Source of the DNA: Gemmatimonadota bacterium
GTDB lineage: Bacteria > Gemmatimonadota > Gemmatimonadetes > Gemmatimonadales > GWC2-71-9
Assembly: GCA_039586365.1 (NCBI GenBank)
Contig: JBDHKN010000009.1
Coordinates: 10,354-74,353, forward strand
Length of the DNA stretch: 64,000 nt
Direction of reading: 5' to 3'
Both the position numbers and the translations under genes were made by a program. Shown here in pieces: positions 36,922-46,831 of the stretch (within the stretch, counting starts at the first letter, position 1; the number at the start of each line of letters is the position of its first letter). The notes under the pieces were generated by a model, which saw only the letters and a program-made list of their open reading frames with translations, was not told the origin of the DNA and made no database searches.

Positions 36922-38904
36922 TCAGCGCACCACGCGGAGTACGTGCCCCGCGCGCACAGCAGGATCGAGATCCACATAGTTGCGTACTCCCCTCCATTCG
37001 TACCGCCGTCCGGTAAGCAGATCCTCTACCTCGTAACTGCTGTCAGGGGCGAGGCCCAACACCCCAACAGGCACGTCGGCCATGCCCGCTTGGCGGTTAT
37101 TGGGATCCAGATTCACAAGTATCAGGAGATCGTTGCGCCACATGGTTCGGGAGTAGAAGATCAGTTGTTCGTTATCGGTTGGATGGAAAGCGAGATTTCC
37201 CTGGGTCTGAAGTGCTGGATTCTCCCGGCGAATGCGGTTCAGAGCCTGGATGTCGTCGTTGATGTTGCCTGGCGCCTCCCAGTCTCGCACGCGGATCTGG
37301 TACTTCTCCGAGTCTAGGTACTCCTCGCTGCCTTCCCTGATAGCCACGTTCTCGCACAATTCAAAGCCACTGTAGATGCCATACAAAGGTGAAAGCGTGG
37401 CCGCTAGCAGCAGGCGGACGCGAAACGCGGGACGGCCACCCTTCTGGAGGTAAGCATGGAGGATATCTGGGGTGTTTGTGAACAGATTGCCGCGGAAGTA
37501 CTGGACGAGCTCCGTGCTGTGCAATTCAGTAAAGAGCTCGCGCAACTCGGCGGCCGTGTTCTTCCAAGTGAAATAGGTGTAGGATTGAGTGAACCCAAGC
37601 TTCGCGAGCCCCTGCATTTTCTTGGGGCGAGTGAAGGCCTCGGACAGAAAAATGACCTCGGGATGCTCCTCCTTGATGCTTGCGATGAGCCACTCCCAGA
37701 AAACGAAAGGCTTGGTGTGCGGATTGTCCACGCGGAAAGTCTTGACACCGCGCTCGATCCAGTAATCGAGTATCTCCTTACACGCGTTCCATAGATTGTC
37801 GCGGTCCTCACACCAGAGATTGAACGGTACGATATCCTCGTATTTCTTGGGCGGATTCTCCGCATGCTTGATACTACCGTCAGGTCGAATCACGAACCAA
37901 TCAGGATGTTCGTGGATCCAGGGATGGTCCGGCGAGCACTGCAGCGCGTAGTCCAGGGCAATCTCCATTCCCAGGTCGGCTGCATGCTTGACGAACTGCT
38001 CGAAGTCCTCAACGGTACCGAGTTCTGGGGCGATCGCTAGGTGGCCACCATCACTGTTGCCGATGGCCCAGGGACTTCCAGGATCGGCCGGCTGGGCCGT
38101 CAGAGAGTTGTTAGGCCCCTTGCGGTGTGTGATGCCAATCGGGTGTATGGGAGGCAGGTAGACGACATCAAAGCCCAACTCGGCAAGGCGCCGTAACCTC
38201 TTCTCAGCATCCCTGAACTTCCCGTGTTTGCCGGGCTCTGTTCCCTGCGACCGGGGGAACATCTCATACCAAGCCGCAAACCGAGCCTCCGGGCGATCGA
38301 CCATCAAGTGGTACTCGCGGCGGTGACGAGTGATGTGTGATTCATTCACCAAGCCGGCCATGTTGGTCGCCAGTTCCGGGGCGAACGCGACCTTCAAGCG
38401 ATCCTCGAGCTTGAGCTTTGGATCGCAGAGTTGCTTGGCTGCAGTCTGGAGTTCTCGGTGAGCACACGGATCACTGTTTGGCAGGGTATTGGTGATGACC
38501 TGCGCGCCCTCGAGCAACTCGACCGCTACGTCGTGCCCCGCAGCTACTTTCTTACGCAGCTCTGCCAGCCAAGTGCCGAAGCTGTCCGGCCAGGCTTCCA
38601 CGGTAAAACGCCAGAGACCGATCACGTCGAGTGGAAACTCTGCGTTCCAACGGTCCGTGTCGTAATCGTACGACATCTCAACACTGCGCCAGACGCGATC
38701 GTTCGGTCCACGGAATCGCGCGCGGGCTGCTATCAGGTCGTGACCGTCCATGTAGATGTCCGCCCCCACCCTGCAGCTATCTCCAACAATCCGCTTGATG
38801 GGGTAGCGACCAGCGTCGAGTTGAGGGTACACGTGCTCGATCGTGATTCTTGAATACTCGATCCGGCTCTTCAACCGAGGCGCTGTCAGATCTGTGTTAG
38901 CCAC
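36922..38904 (-). CDS. glgE: Alpha-1,4-glucan:maltose-1-phosphate maltosyltransferase
   Basis: WYEMFPRS, YLPPIHPIG, ENPPKKYEDI, FRVDNPHTKP, SEAFTRP, NTPDIL, EEYLDSEKYQ. Confidence 0.96.
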   Translation of the reverse strand: MANTDLTAPRLKSRIEYSRITIEHVYPQLDAGRYPIKRIVGDSCRVGADIYMDGHDLIAARARFRGPNDRVWRSVEMSYDYDTDRWNAEFPLDVIGLWRFTVEAWPDSFGTWLAELRKKVAAGHDVAVELLEGAQVITNTLPNSDPCAHRELQTAAKQLCDPKLKLEDRLKVAFAPELATNMAGLVNESHITRHRREYHLMVDRPEARFAAWYEMFPRSQGTEPGKHGKFRDAEKRLRRLAELGFDVVYLPPIHPIGITHRKGPNNSLTAQPADPGSPWAIGNSDGGHLAIAPELGTVEDFEQFVKHAADLGMEIALDYALQCSPDHPWIHEHPDWFVIRPDGSIKHAENPPKKYEDIVPFNLWCEDRDNLWNACKEILDYWIERGVKTFRVDNPHTKPFVFWEWLIASIKEEHPEVIFLSEAFTRPKKMQGLAKLGFTQSYTYFTWKNTAAELRELFTELHSTELVQYFRGNLFTNTPDILHAYLQKGGRPAFRVRLLLAATLSPLYGIYSGFELCENVAIREGSEEYLDSEKYQIRVRDWEAPGNINDDIQALNRIRRENPALQTQGNLAFHPTDNEQLIFYSRTMWRNDLLILVNLDPNNRQAGMADVPVGVLGLAPDSSYEVEDLLTGRRYEWRGVRNYVDLDPAVRAGHVLRVVR

Positions 38905-38913
38905 TTCCTGAGC

Positions 38914-41070
38914 TCACGCGGTTGGTGGGTCGTCCTCAAGCGTGTCGCCTCTCATGATGGGCAAGTAGAAATCCTGCGCATACCGCTGAACCATGTATCG
39001 GGCAGTGAATTGCTCGCCAGCGGTCTTCACGGCGTGCTTCACACGCTGAACCCAATGAACCGGGACGCCGCGCTTATCACGCTCAAAGAACAGCGGGATT
39101 ACGTCATCCTCCAACAGAGCATAGAGGTGCTCGGCATCCCATTCGTCTGCATCGCTCCCGGCCGGGACCTCCGGAATCGACCAGCCGTTTTCTCCAGTGA
39201 AACCTTCAGCCCACCAGCCGTCGGCCGTCCCCAACTGGGGAACGCCGTTCAACGCCGCCTTCATCCCGCTGGTGCCACATGCCTCCATGGGAACCCTTGG
39301 CAGATTGAGCCACAGGTCCACTCCCTCCACCAGTCGGTGCGCTATGTGCAAGTCGTAGTCCTCCAAGAAAGCAATCCTGCCTTCGAACTGCGAATCCCGA
39401 GTGAAGGAGTAGACATCATGCATCATCCGCTTGCCATGATCATCAGCGGGATGTGCCTTACCAGCGAAGATGAACTGCACCGGCCGCCATGGGTTCACCA
39501 GGAGTTTCCGCAAGCGGTCGGGCTGCCGGAATATCAGGCTGGCGCGCTTGTAACTGGCAAACCTCCTTGCAAAGCCGATGGTGAGAGCGCCCGGGCTGAG
39601 TAGCGTGCCGGCGCCCACCAGGTGTGCCGCTTCCTGCCAGTGATCCCGCCAATGCCGCCGAGCTTCCTCGTGGATGAAGTGCAACAGCCGGGACTTCATC
39701 TGCTGGCGGAGCGTCCAGAGCCGTTGATCATCCAAAGCCAGCACTCCATTCCAGACTCCCGGCTCGTCGAGACGTGCACCCCAGTCAGGACCGAGGTGTT
39801 CGTCGAGAAGGCCCATCACCTTGTTCGACATCCAGGTGGCAAGGTGGGCTCCGTTCGTGACATGCACGATAGGAACCCTCTCCGGATTACGCTCGGGCCA
39901 CAGGCAATGCCACATGTCTCGGGTGACCTGGCCATGACGCCGCGCGACCCCGTTTACCCTGCCGGACAATCGAATCGCCGCTGCGGTCATGTGAAAACGG
40001 CCGTGATCCATGTCCGGATGATGTCCTAGCGCAAACAATTCCTCGCGGCCGATCCCCATCTCTCTCCAAACAGGACCAGTGCAGTGCTCTATCTGGTCGG
40101 AGTAAAAGGAATCGTGACCTGCGGGCACTGGGGTGTGTGTCGTGAATAAACTCGTAGCCCGTACTTGCCGCACTGCCTCCTTGAACTCGACGCCGCTCGC
40201 ACAGAGTTCGCGGACGCGCTCGACCAGCATGAATGTTGCATGGCCTTCGTTGGCATGCCACGCGGAAGGCCCGATTCCCAGCGCGCGGAGCACCCGGACT
40301 CCACCCACACCCAGTATCCACTCCTGCCGGAGACGCAATCCTGGCCCGCCGGCGTATAGCTTGTTGAGTAGTTGGCGATCATCCGGATGGTTCTCGACGA
40401 GGTTGGTGTCGAGGAGATAGACCGGTACTCGCCCCACCAGCATTTTCCACGCACCCACGTGGACGGATCGTCCGTCCGCTTGCACCGTGACGATGTAGGG
40501 TTCGTCGTTCGGTCCTCTGAGGTGCGTCAACGGTGTCGTGGCCGGATCGTACGTTTCATCGCTGTCTTCCTGCCAACCGTCGATGCGTACCCTCTGATCG
40601 AAGTACCCCTTCGTGTAGAACAGTCCCACCGCAACGAGGGGCACGCCGAGATCCGAGCATGCCTTGCAGTGGTCGCCGGCAAGGACGCCGAGACCTCCCG
40701 AGTAGATCGGCACGGAATTGTGTAACCCGAACTCGGCGGAGAAATAGGCGATCGGGCCGGTTGCGAGACCTGAGTTGCCGACGGCAAACCAGGTGTTGTC
40801 GCTAGTCTCTTCCCGTGCCAGTTCGGTGGAAACCGAGTCGTACAGGGCGAGGAAGTCCGGATCGCCTGCGCACTGCTCGAGCCGTTCTGGTGACACCCGC
40901 TGCAGTAACACGATCGGATTGTGTCGCGTCATCCGCCATAGGGTTCGGTCGATCAGGCCAAACATTGCTCTCGCACGACGGTTCCAACTCCACGAGAGAT
41001 TGGTGGCCATTGCGGCGAGATTGCCGATACGCTCGGGCAGTTGCGGAAACACTCTGACTGCTTGATCCAT
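38914..41070 (-). CDS. glgP: Alpha-glucan phosphorylase (GT35)
   Basis: YFSAEFG, YSGGLGVLAGD, LRQE, HANEGH, FTTHTP, ARRFASYKR, EACGTSGMKA. Start is ATG 41070 or TTG 41127. Confidence 0.95.
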   Translation of the reverse strand: MDQAVRVFPQLPERIGNLAAMATNLSWSWNRRARAMFGLIDRTLWRMTRHNPIVLLQRVSPERLEQCAGDPDFLALYDSVSTELAREETSDNTWFAVGNSGLATGPIAYFSAEFGLHNSVPIYSGGLGVLAGDHCKACSDLGVPLVAVGLFYTKGYFDQRVRIDGWQEDSDETYDPATTPLTHLRGPNDEPYIVTVQADGRSVHVGAWKMLVGRVPVYLLDTNLVENHPDDRQLLNKLYAGGPGLRLRQEWILGVGGVRVLRALGIGPSAWHANEGHATFMLVERVRELCASGVEFKEAVRQVRATSLFTTHTPVPAGHDSFYSDQIEHCTGPVWREMGIGREELFALGHHPDMDHGRFHMTAAAIRLSGRVNGVARRHGQVTRDMWHCLWPERNPERVPIVHVTNGAHLATWMSNKVMGLLDEHLGPDWGARLDEPGVWNGVLALDDQRLWTLRQQMKSRLLHFIHEEARRHWRDHWQEAAHLVGAGTLLSPGALTIGFARRFASYKRASLIFRQPDRLRKLLVNPWRPVQFIFAGKAHPADDHGKRMMHDVYSFTRDSQFEGRIAFLEDYDLHIAHRLVEGVDLWLNLPRVPMEACGTSGMKAALNGVPQLGTADGWWAEGFTGENGWSIPEVPAGSDADEWDAEHLYALLEDDVIPLFFERDKRGVPVHWVQRVKHAVKTAGEQFTARYMVQRYAQDFYLPIMRGDTLEDDPPTA

Positions 41071-41139
41071 AGAGGATGCAAATAAAGCTACAGGGTGCGA
41101 AATTTGCCAGGTGGACAAGTGAGGCAACTATGGTTGGTG

Positions 41140-42780
41140 CTAGCTGGAGAGCTTCGTCACGGTGATCGGTTGCGTGTTGTCAGATAGGATTGGTGTGACA
41201 CCCTGTCGCTCGACAGGTCGGTATTGGTTCCACCACTCGCGGGCCAGTTCGTCGGTCCAAGGCTGGTCAACCTCGATCGTCGCCAAATGTTGGTCGAGCA
41301 CTTCCGCTGAGGGGGGGCGCTCGTCCTTGCTCTTGCGCAAACACTGGAGCACCAAGCTGTCGAGTGCGGGTGGAACTGCGAACCTAGCGTGCCGTGACGG
41401 TGGATCAGGTGCATCGTTGATGTGTTTGACGAGCATGACCGGGAGCGTCGGGGCCCTGAATACCGTGCGTCCAGTGAGCAGCCAGAAAGCCACGCAGCCC
41501 AGAGAGTAGATATCGCTCCGGATATCCGTTTCAGGGCTGCCTGACGCCAGCTCTGGCGATCCATATGCCGGGGTCCCGATGTAGGCACCGATCCTCGTGA
41601 TTCCCACATCGCGCTCGAGTTCTTCCCCCGCCATCTTCACCAGCCCGAAATCCAATACCTTCACAAAATCAAGATCACAGCCGTAGCGGCAGACGTAGAT
41701 GTTGGCCGGTTTGATGTCGCGATGCACCAGGTTCTTTCCATGGGCCTCCGCCAGCGAATGGCAGACCTGCCGCAGAATCCTGATTGCCCGCCCCGCGGGA
41801 AGCGGACCGTAACGGCCGACCAACTCGTCGAGACTGAGTCCCTCCAGCAGTTCCATCACGTAGTAGAACGTGCGGTCCTCCGTAATGCCAAAGTCATACA
41901 GTTGGATGGTGTGGGGCGACCGAAGCTGAGCCGTGGCCTGCGCTTCACGCTCGAAGCGTAGCAAATGACTGCTTGGTGTATGTCCGGGTGTGGAATCACC
42001 GCCAGCGCTCCGGATCAGTTTTATAGCGGCCGAACGGGCTAGCATCCGGTGCTCGGCCTTCCACACCTCCCCCATTCCCCCCTTCCCCAGCAGGTCCGTC
42101 AGTCTGTAGCTACCCATCTGCCGGGCCTTGTGGACGTCGGTACCCAGGCCGTACACGACGCGAGATCCCACCATGGCCAGCCCCACGCAGATGAATGTGG
42201 GAAAGGTCACCATGAACACCATGTTTCCAGGGAGCGGTGGCAGGCCCCTGGCGACCGCGATCGAGTACATGAGCGGCTGCATGCACGCTGCGGCAATCGA
42301 AGCAAGCATTGTCTTGCCGGGTGTAGTGGGCACGAGTAGCGGAAAGATCACTATCCAGACGCAAGTCCAGCTCAAGCCCACCATGCCTCCCGATTCCGGC
42401 CACTGTCTGAGAAACACAATGCCGATCTCGATCCCGGCTGCACCCACGACTTCGTAGACGAGCCCCAGATTCATCACGAAGCAGTCGCTCAGACGGCCAC
42501 TACGTGCGAGCAGAAACATCCCTACAGACAGGAGGATGAAGGAAGCGGCGGTGATGTCACTGATGAGGGCTGTGTCGGGGTCCCATTGCTCGGGAAAGCT
42601 CTGGGCGAAACGCGCTGATCCGTACGCCAGCGTGTACACGCAGGCGTAGACAATAGCAGCCGTGCCGAGTCGGCGGGTCGCCCGCTCTAGCAGGTCGGCC
42701 GGCAGCGCTGCGCTCACTGACGCCACGCCACTCACACGAGCGGCAGTGGAATCACGCTTCCGGAGAATATCATCACGCAT
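41140..42780 (-). CDS. Hanks-type Ser/Thr protein kinase with multi-TM N-terminal domain
   Basis: About six hydrophobic segments, then GKGGMGEVW, AIK, HRDIKPAN, DFG, GTPAY.SPE, DIYSLG. Confidence 0.93.
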   Translation of the reverse strand: MRDDILRKRDSTAARVSGVASVSAALPADLLERATRRLGTAAIVYACVYTLAYGSARFAQSFPEQWDPDTALISDITAASFILLSVGMFLLARSGRLSDCFVMNLGLVYEVVGAAGIEIGIVFLRQWPESGGMVGLSWTCVWIVIFPLLVPTTPGKTMLASIAAACMQPLMYSIAVARGLPPLPGNMVFMVTFPTFICVGLAMVGSRVVYGLGTDVHKARQMGSYRLTDLLGKGGMGEVWKAEHRMLARSAAIKLIRSAGGDSTPGHTPSSHLLRFEREAQATAQLRSPHTIQLYDFGITEDRTFYYVMELLEGLSLDELVGRYGPLPAGRAIRILRQVCHSLAEAHGKNLVHRDIKPANIYVCRYGCDLDFVKVLDFGLVKMAGEELERDVGITRIGAYIGTPAYGSPELASGSPETDIRSDIYSLGCVAFWLLTGRTVFRAPTLPVMLVKHINDAPDPPSRHARFAVPPALDSLVLQCLRKSKDERPPSAEVLDQHLATIEVDQPWTDELAREWWNQYRPVERQGVTPILSDNTQPITVTKLSS

Positions 42781-42898
42781 AGTTGGAGTATGGCAATATA
42801 ATCCAGCTAGATTGCTGAGACAGGAGTGGATCCGAAATCCTCATGAGGCAGAGTTCGAGACGCGGACACGTCGTCGCGGGACCTAGAGGGACCATCAC

Positions 42899-44254
42899 AT
42901 GAAGCGTATGATCTGTCTGTCTGGCTGGATGTTCATTGCGACCAGTTCGTGTGCTGCGCCGGGTCAAGATGGTGCGGTTGACAGGGCGGCCCTTGCGCAG
43001 CAAGTGCGAAGCGAGTTCCTGCACGCCTGGGAGGGATACAAGAGCTACGCCTGGGGCCACGATCAACTCAAGCCACTCAGCCGGAGCTATCGAGACTGGC
43101 ACGCGGCGTCGCTCTACATGACCCCACTAGACGCATTCGACACGATGCTACTGATGGGCCTGGCTGTGGAAGCACAGGAGGCCAAGCAACTGATCCTGGA
43201 GAATCTCACGTTTGATCATGACTTCGATGTGCAGATCTTCGAAATCAACATCAGACTCCTGGGTGGCCTGCTGACGGCCTACCAGATGGACGGCAACAAG
43301 CGATTCCTAGAGCTTGCGACCGATCTGGCGGATCGGCTCCTGCCGGCGTTCGACTCACCGACAGGGATGCCATACGTGAGAGTGAACCTGCGGACCGGTG
43401 AGGTGAGGCAGCGGGTGAACAACCCGGCCGAAATCGGCACGCTGATGCTGGAGATGGGAACGCTGAGTAAGCTCACCGGGAATCCGCTGTACTACGAGAC
43501 GGCCAAGCGGGGAGTGGTGGCGGTGTTCGAGCGCAGGTCCGCGGTCGGTCTGGTGGGAACCACGATCGATGTCGAGAATGGACAGTGGCAGAACACCGAC
43601 AGTCATATAAGTGGCAGGATCGATTCCTACTACGAGTATCTGCTCAAGGCATGGAAGTTGTTCGGCGACGAGGACTTCAGATCGATGTGGGAAGCCAGTA
43701 TTGCAGCCGTGAATCGATACTTGGCTGACAGTGTCGAGACTGGCTTGTGGTACGGGCACGCTGACATGCACAGCGGCAGGCGAACGGCAACACGGTTTGG
43801 GTCGCTCGACGCGTTCATGCCGGCGGTGTTGGCGCTGGGAGGGCACCGGGAGCTAGCCGCACAGCTCATGCAGTCGTGTTTCGAGATGTGGCACCGCTTC
43901 GGAATCGAGCCGGAACAACTGGACTACGTGAGTATGGAGCTGGTCGATCCGGCCTACCATCTCAGGCCGGAAGCCCTAGAGTCTGCCTACTATCTGTACC
44001 GTACGACGGGTGATGACCAGTATCTGGCCATGGGCAAAACAATGTTCCATAGTATCGTAGCCCATACCCGTACGGAGGCGGGCTTTGCGGCCCTAGAGAG
44101 CGTGGCCACGAAGGAGAAGAGGGATGCTATGGACAGCTTCTTCCTCGCCGAGACGCTGAAGTATGCCTATCTGCTGTTTGCCCCCGACAACGTCCTCGAC
44201 TTCGAGTCGGTGATCTTCAACACCGAGGCTCATCCTATTAGGAAGACTTGGTGA
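42899..44254 (+). CDS. GH47 alpha-1,2-mannosidase-like protein, probable lipoprotein
   Basis: HAWEGYKSYAWGHD.L.P, FEINIRLLGGLL, TGMPY, DSYYEYLLK, LRPEALES, SFFLAETLKY, FNTEAH. Lipobox-like TSSC. Confidence 0.93.
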   Translation: MKRMICLSGWMFIATSSCAAPGQDGAVDRAALAQQVRSEFLHAWEGYKSYAWGHDQLKPLSRSYRDWHAASLYMTPLDAFDTMLLMGLAVEAQEAKQLILENLTFDHDFDVQIFEINIRLLGGLLTAYQMDGNKRFLELATDLADRLLPAFDSPTGMPYVRVNLRTGEVRQRVNNPAEIGTLMLEMGTLSKLTGNPLYYETAKRGVVAVFERRSAVGLVGTTIDVENGQWQNTDSHISGRIDSYYEYLLKAWKLFGDEDFRSMWEASIAAVNRYLADSVETGLWYGHADMHSGRRTATRFGSLDAFMPAVLALGGHRELAAQLMQSCFEMWHRFGIEPEQLDYVSMELVDPAYHLRPEALESAYYLYRTTGDDQYLAMGKTMFHSIVAHTRTEAGFAALESVATKEKRDAMDSFFLAETLKYAYLLFAPDNVLDFESVIFNTEAHPIRKTW

Positions 44255-44406
44255 GTCACATATCAATGGCGGGACTCAGCTCTCTCTTCCCATCTATCCC
44301 TTCACACTGTAAATCTACGCTGCGTTCCGCAATGGCTCCCGTTTAGGGAGGTACGCCGTCGAGCGGTGCCAGGGAAACTAACCTCGCAAGCACGGGTTGA
44401 GGGTGA

Positions 44407-46647
44407 ATGACCAACCAAAGTGACCGTTCAGGAAAGTCTCGCGAATCCGCCACGGGTCACGGATTCGGGACCTCCCCAGTCTTCTTGGCGAGCATCAGTA
44501 CGATCCTCGGTGCGATCCTATTCTTGCGATTCGGGTACGCGATAGGACACACGGGATTGTTGGGTGCGCTAGGGATCATCTTGCTGGGTCACTTAGTAAC
44601 CGTTCCCACTGCCCTAGCGATATCGGAGATCGCCACGAACCGGAGGGTTGAGGGGGGCGGAGAGTATTTCATAATCTCGCGCTCATTTGGCACGACTATT
44701 GGCGGCGCCATCGGCATTTCACTCTATCTGTCACAGGCAATCTCCGTCGCTTTCTACATGATTGCGTTTGCCGAGGCCTTTAGGCCGCTGGCGGCGTTGT
44801 TCTTGGAGGGATTCGACCCCCGTTTCGTCTCTTTGCCTGCGACGGGTGCTCTGGCCGTTTTGATGCTGCGGCGTGGTGCCAATGTGGGTGTCAAGGCTCT
44901 CTGGGGAGTGGTGGCTCTGTTGGCGCTCTCGCTCGTGCTCTTCGGCTTGGGTGGCACACCTGATGGGGTCGCGACTGGGGAGCTGGGCTTGGTCGACAGG
45001 GTGGCCGATCACGATCCGTTCTTCCTCGTATTCGCCATCGTCTTTCCCGCTTTTACCGGCATGACAGCTGGAGTGGGCTTGTCCGGGGATCTGGCCAATC
45101 CAGGCAAATCCATTCCGGTGGGCGTTATGTCGGCGACACTGACCGGCATGGTGGTGTACGTGCTGGTAGCCGCGAAGTTCGCCACCTCAGTGCCGCCGGA
45201 GATACTGGCGACAGACCAGTTCGTCATGGCCAGGGTCGCTCTGTGGGGTCCGATCATTCCAATCGGCCTGGCCTGTGCAACGATCTCCTCTGCAATCGGT
45301 TCTATCTTGGTTGCCCCGCGAACCTTGCAGGCACTTGCCACTGACCGTGTCACACCGTTCGGGCGGATCAACAAGCTGCTAGCAGCTGGGGTTGGTGAGG
45401 AGAACGAGCCACGAGCCGCCACAGTGGTTACTGTGTTCGTCGCACTGGTGATGGTGGCGGTGGGGAACGTCGATCTGGTGGCCCGCATCGTGTCCATGTT
45501 TTTCATGGTCACTTACGGGGCGCTCTGTACCATCAGTTTCTTGGAACACTTCGCCGCCCGTCCCTCCTATCGGCCGAGCTTCCGGTCCAAATGGTACTTG
45601 AGCCTGCTCGGTGCCGTGATGTGTCTGCTAATGATGTTCCAGATGGATCCGTTCTTCGCGCTACTCGCCATCCTGGTCATGGTGGGGCTGTATCGGGGAC
45701 TGCGTGCTATCCACAATGCGGACGACCTCGCCGGGATCTTCCAGGCCGTCATGACGCAGCTCTCGCGGCGGTTCCAGGTGAAGCTGCAGTCCAGCGCGGT
45801 GCACCATCGCGGTGAGGCATGGCGTCCCAGCATCATCATGGTGAACAGTCGTACCTTTGAGCGTACAGCGCCGCAACAGTTGCTGACCTGGCTATGCCAC
45901 AGATATGGGATCGGAACCTACCTCCACTACATCCAAGGCAGACTGGACTCGGAGAAGTTCAAGGAGAGCAGGCAGGTGCAGGCCAAACTGGTCAAGATGA
46001 TGCAGCAACGAGGTAGTGCGATCTACGTGGATACGATGATATCACCATCGATCCGCTCGGCCGTTGGTCAGGCGTTGCAGCTCCCCGGCGTGTCCGGTAC
46101 GGAGAACAACTCGATCCTGTCGGAGTTCATGCTCGACGACGCACCGGATGTGTTGCGTGAGATCGAGGAGACTTGTCTCATGGCGAGCGCTGCCCGGATC
46201 AGTAGCCTGGTGCTACGTCATGGGGATCACTTCTTCGGGCAGCACTCGACCATTGATGTGTGGCTGACCTGGCATGACTACAAGAACGCAAGCCTCATGA
46301 TCTTGCTGTCATATATCTTGTTGGGCCACCCCGATTGGAAGAAGGGTGAGATCAGGATCTTCGCTGCATTCCCGCAACACGAAGTGCGGGAACAGAGGGT
46401 CCAGCTACACGAAATGATCACCTCCGGCAGGCTGCCGGTCAGCAAGAAGAACCTGCGCGTGATACCAACGGACGAGAAATCAGATTTCACGCGGCTGGTG
46501 CAGAGTAGATCGTCGGACGCCGATCTGGTTATCCTCGGTTTCACCGAAGAGCGACTGCGTGAAAAGGGCATCGATCTGCTGCAGCGCCACACCGCTCTCA
46601 AAGACGTTCTGTTCGTTTCGGCAGAGGAGAGGGTCAAGATCGAGTAG
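44407..46647 (+). CDS. APC-superfamily / SLC12 (cation-chloride cotransporter)-like permease
   Basis: ILGAILFLRFG, SEIATN..V.GGGEYFIISRSFG, FAIVFPAFTG..AG..LSGDL..P.KSIP.G, PSYRPSF, and a C-terminal cytoplasmic domain starting WRP. Confidence 0.88.
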   Translation: MTNQSDRSGKSRESATGHGFGTSPVFLASISTILGAILFLRFGYAIGHTGLLGALGIILLGHLVTVPTALAISEIATNRRVEGGGEYFIISRSFGTTIGGAIGISLYLSQAISVAFYMIAFAEAFRPLAALFLEGFDPRFVSLPATGALAVLMLRRGANVGVKALWGVVALLALSLVLFGLGGTPDGVATGELGLVDRVADHDPFFLVFAIVFPAFTGMTAGVGLSGDLANPGKSIPVGVMSATLTGMVVYVLVAAKFATSVPPEILATDQFVMARVALWGPIIPIGLACATISSAIGSILVAPRTLQALATDRVTPFGRINKLLAAGVGEENEPRAATVVTVFVALVMVAVGNVDLVARIVSMFFMVTYGALCTISFLEHFAARPSYRPSFRSKWYLSLLGAVMCLLMMFQMDPFFALLAILVMVGLYRGLRAIHNADDLAGIFQAVMTQLSRRFQVKLQSSAVHHRGEAWRPSIIMVNSRTFERTAPQQLLTWLCHRYGIGTYLHYIQGRLDSEKFKESRQVQAKLVKMMQQRGSAIYVDTMISPSIRSAVGQALQLPGVSGTENNSILSEFMLDDAPDVLREIEETCLMASAARISSLVLRHGDHFFGQHSTIDVWLTWHDYKNASLMILLSYILLGHPDWKKGEIRIFAAFPQHEVREQRVQLHEMITSGRLPVSKKNLRVIPTDEKSDFTRLVQSRSSDADLVILGFTEERLREKGIDLLQRHTALKDVLFVSAEERVKIE

Positions 46648-46831
46648 CGTCGTAGCCTGGGGTGGCCACGCAGGCTAGAGAATTCGGTGTTGACCGGTAG
46701 AGACCAGCCCAGCCGTGTGCCGTAGTCGGAGCTTTGGCTGCGAACTACTAGATTCCAGCGAGACTACCGGAACCTGATCGGCTGACGAAGTCAGCCGCTA
46801 GCCCTCAGCTGCAGGATAGCCTGACTGGACG

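Noticed and set aside
44300..44400. c-di-AMP (ydaO) riboswitch upstream of the APC permease
   Set aside because: ACTAACCTCGCAAGC (44377-44391) resembles the 3' end of the motif, but the conserved GGGGGA(A)CC and GGGGTGAAT segments are missing. An Rfam scan would settle it.
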